DNA of 64,000 nucleotides from Thalassobaculaceae bacterium (GTDB lineage Bacteria; Pseudomonadota; Alphaproteobacteria; Thalassobaculales; Thalassobaculaceae): NCBI GenBank assembly GCA_965228875.1, contig OZ245843.1, positions 1,594,616 to 1,658,615 of the forward strand, read 5' to 3'. Shown piece by piece: positions 62,388 to 64,000 of this stretch (position 1 is its first letter; each line of letters starts with the position of its first letter). The notes under the pieces were generated by a model. It saw only the letters and a program-made list of their open reading frames with translations, ran no database searches and was not told where the DNA came from. The position numbers and the translations under genes were made by a program.

Positions 62388-63941
62388 CTACTCGGCCGCC
62401 ATCTGGGGCGTGCGCTCAAAATCTTCCGGAAACAGACGCAGGGCCGAAAGCACCGGCATCGGCGTCAGTCCGCCCATCGCACAGAGCGAACCGTCGCGCA
62501 TCGTCGCGCAGAGGTCGTCGATCAGTTCGAGGTTGGCGGCGACGTTCTCGCCGCGCTGAACCTTCTCCACGGTTTCCCTGCCCCTGACCGCGCCGATCCG
62601 GCACGGCGTGCACTTGCCGCAGCTCTCGATCTCGCAGAATTCGAAGGCGAAGCGGGCCATGGCCGCCATGTCGACGCTATCGTCGAACACGACGACCCCG
62701 CCATGGCCAAGCATCGCCTGGGCGCCGGCCAGCGCCTCGTAGTCCGTCTCCAGGTCCAGCATGGCGTCGTTCACGTAGGCGCCAAGCGGCCCGCCGACCT
62801 GAGCGGCGCGGAATGGTCGGCCCGTCGCTGTGCCGCCGCCGAACTCCTCGACCAGCTCGCGCAGGGTGACGCCGAACGCCTTCTCCACCAGACCGCCGCG
62901 CTTGATGTTGCCGGCGAGCTGGAACGGCTGGGTCCCGCGCGAGCGGCCCATGCCGAACTCCTTGTAGAAGCCCGCGCCCTTGGCGAGGATCAGCGGCACT
63001 GTGGCCAGAGTGAGCACGTTGTTGACCACGGTCGGCCTGCCGAACAGCCCGTGAATCGCCGGGATCGGCGGCTTCGCCCGAACCGTGCCGCGCTTGCCCT
63101 CGAGGCTCTCCAGCATCGAGGACTCCTCGCCGCAGATATAGGCACCGGCGCCACGACGGATATGCAGGCGGAAGACCCTGCCAGTGCCGCCGACGCTGTC
63201 GCCAAGCCAGCCGGCCTTCTCCAGGACCGCCGCCGCCTCGGTCATGGTCGCAATGGCGTCGGGATACTCGCTACGGATGTAGACGTAGCCGTCCTCCGCG
63301 CCGACCGCCAGGCCGGCGATGGTCATCCCCTCGATCAGAGTGAAGGGATCGCCCTCCATGATCATGCGGTCGGCGAAGGTGCCGCTGTCGCCCTCGTCGG
63401 CGTTGCAGCAGATGTATTTCTGGCCCGCCGGCTGGTCGTGCACCGTCTTCCATTTGATGCCGGCCGGGAAACCGGCGCCGCCACGTCCGCGCAGACCCGA
63501 CTCCAGCACGGTTTCGCAAACCGCGGCCCCGTCCATCTCCAGCGTCGCCCGCAGCCCGGCGAGACCGCCATGGGCCTCGTAGGCGGCGAGGTCCAGCGGA
63601 TCGATCACGCCGACCCGCGCGAAGGTCAGCCGTTCCTGATGCTTCAGGTACGGGATCTCCTCCGTCGGTCCCAAAGCAAGCGGATGGTCGCCGCCGGCAA
63701 GGAACCCGGCATCGAACAGCGACGCCACGTCCTGCGCGGACGCCGGGCCATAGGCGACGCGGCCGCAGGCGGTCTCGACCTCAACCAGCGGCTCGAGCCA
63801 GAACATCCCGCGCGATCCGTTGCGAACGATGGCCACCGCCTCGCCGCGTGCCTCGGCTTCGGCCGCGACCGCCCTGGCGACGGAGTCCGCACCGACGGAA
63901 CGGGCGGCAGAGTCTTTCGGCACATAGACGGTAACGGTCAT
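62388..63941 (-). CDS. fdsB: NAD-dependent formate dehydrogenase beta subunit (NuoF-like)
   Basis: SGLRGRGGAGFP, NADEGDSGTF.DR, GAGAYICGEE and ESCGKCTPCR motifs. Confidence 0.95.
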   Translation of the reverse strand: MTVTVYVPKDSAARSVGADSVARAVAAEAEARGEAVAIVRNGSRGMFWLEPLVEVETACGRVAYGPASAQDVASLFDAGFLAGGDHPLALGPTEEIPYLKHQERLTFARVGVIDPLDLAAYEAHGGLAGLRATLEMDGAAVCETVLESGLRGRGGAGFPAGIKWKTVHDQPAGQKYICCNADEGDSGTFADRMIMEGDPFTLIEGMTIAGLAVGAEDGYVYIRSEYPDAIATMTEAAAVLEKAGWLGDSVGGTGRVFRLHIRRGAGAYICGEESSMLESLEGKRGTVRAKPPIPAIHGLFGRPTVVNNVLTLATVPLILAKGAGFYKEFGMGRSRGTQPFQLAGNIKRGGLVEKAFGVTLRELVEEFGGGTATGRPFRAAQVGGPLGAYVNDAMLDLETDYEALAGAQAMLGHGGVVVFDDSVDMAAMARFAFEFCEIESCGKCTPCRIGAVRGRETVEKVQRGENVAANLELIDDLCATMRDGSLCAMGGLTPMPVLSALRLFPEDFERTPQMAAE

Positions 63942-64000
63942 GACCGGGCCTCGCGAACGGCGGTGTCGAGACGGTCGGCGTCGACGCGGCCGACGAGTTT
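63938..64000 (-). CDS. fdsG: 3' end of formate dehydrogenase gamma subunit (partial)
   Basis: ...KLVGRVDADRLDTAVREARS* overlaps the fdsB ATG (ATGA); expected operon order fdsGBA. Confidence 0.7.
   Translation of the reverse strand, partial: KLVGRVDADRLDTAVREARS

Overview
High-GC (roughly 70%) bacterial chromosomal segment. Gene content and intergenic palindromes suggest an alphaproteobacterium, probably Rhodospirillales-like (inference). Left part (1-27 kb), metabolic genes: a pimBCD-like thiolase/acyl-CoA dehydrogenase operon; an Old Yellow Enzyme and a GNAT; csbD with a divergent unannotated 44-aa ORF; a GMC oxidoreductase-CurA-MaoC operon ending in a decayed glyoxalase gene; a pcaB-like lyase; LysR/FAD oxidase/ThDP enzyme opposite an ArsP-type permease; a TetR-GST-flavin/ferredoxin reductase module with two matching operators; an ArgE-type deacylase whose SD sits in a 17-bp hairpin; an oxalate-CoA ligase + PanE-like pair; and a Tat gluconolactonase. 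Centre (27-48 kb) is the most unusual part. It holds a 430-aa tandem-domain ThyX preceded by NrdR-type boxes, a type I secretion operon with two ABC subunits (one with degenerate ATPase motifs) plus HlyD, and a convergent ~4,440-aa RTX-like protein. That protein has a 14-aa Gly/Asp/Thr repeat tract and about 340 nonapeptides arranged in higher-order modules (A2-B7-C-B4-C-B3-C). Right part (48-64 kb): a cobalamin riboswitch-btuBFC-cobQDO operon with no btuD, ycbB/ycbK peptidoglycan enzymes, a lipoprotein, and the fdsG(partial)BA-fdhD-fdsD formate dehydrogenase operon. I saw no rRNA, tRNA, CRISPR array, transposase or integrase. All calls come from reading motifs by eye; no database search was run.
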